64,000 nt of DNA, taken from assembly GCA_016748015.1 (NCBI GenBank), contig JAAOMT010000072.1:190299-254298 (forward strand), given 5' to 3'. How positions within the stretch are numbered: position 1 is the stretch's first letter; every line of letters begins with the position of its first letter. The stretch comes from Geosiphon pyriformis uo1 (taxonomy: Eukaryota > Fungi > Glomeromycota). The notes below the pieces were generated by a model. The model saw nothing but the letters and a program-made list of their open reading frames with translations. It was not told where the DNA came from and made no database searches. Position numbers and translations under genes: made by a program. Below are positions 63,781-64,000 of the stretch, piece after piece.

Positions 63781-64000
63781 TGTTTGTTGGCTCTTTTGGT
63801 TGGTTAAGTTGAGTGTTGGTTTTTGTTTTCTAATCTTGTCTCATTCTGAAGAGACAGTCAACATTGGTGTAGAGTTTTTCTGGTTTGTGATGTACTATGT
63901 ATCAATAATTTGCTAGAAATCCTGTCCATTGGGTTTGTTTTGCATTTAGCTGAGTATTTTTGTTCTGAAGCCATTTGAGTCCAATATTATCAGTGATAAT

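Larger units (their letters stand above)
60613..64000 (-). mobile_element. Gypsy-D, 3' part (RNase H end, separate integrase ORF, ORF3, PPT, 3' LTR 60613-61585); extends beyond the window
   Basis: LTR TGTTA..TAACA; PPT gaggaggaggtta 61586-61598; integrase ORFs 62839-63780 and 62396-62734. Confidence 0.92.

Overview
AT-rich eukaryotic DNA from a fungus. The intron style, host genes and repeat families point to Glomeromycotina/Mucoromycota (Geosiphon-like; an inference). A compact island of seven host genes (18.6-35.8 kb) contains COG4, a CENP-Q/Okp1-like gene, VPS24, an NFKBIL1-like gene, an RA-PH protein gene, ATG10 and an F-box/WD40 gene. Two blocks of nested transposons riddled with transition mutations flank it. 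These hold three RNase H-bearing LINE copies, an ORF1-only LINE derivative, four Ty3/Gypsy LTR elements (A-D), two Tc1 elements and a probable hAT remnant. The main result is an unusual layout shared by all four Gypsy elements. RT-RNase H ends in a stop codon just after the (A)DxLSR motif, integrase follows as a separate ATG-initiated ORF, and a conserved soluble, non-envelope ORF3 of about 220 aa sits between integrase and the PPT. The two full-length copies (A, B) also carry a Cys-rich insert and a dUTPase between protease and RT, plus a U5 copy of the primer-tRNA 3' end that can fold over the PBS. Other points of interest are a HAL1-like ORF1-only LINE that shares the autonomous LINE 3' tail, and RIP-like all-transition decay that spares the larger Tc1 element.
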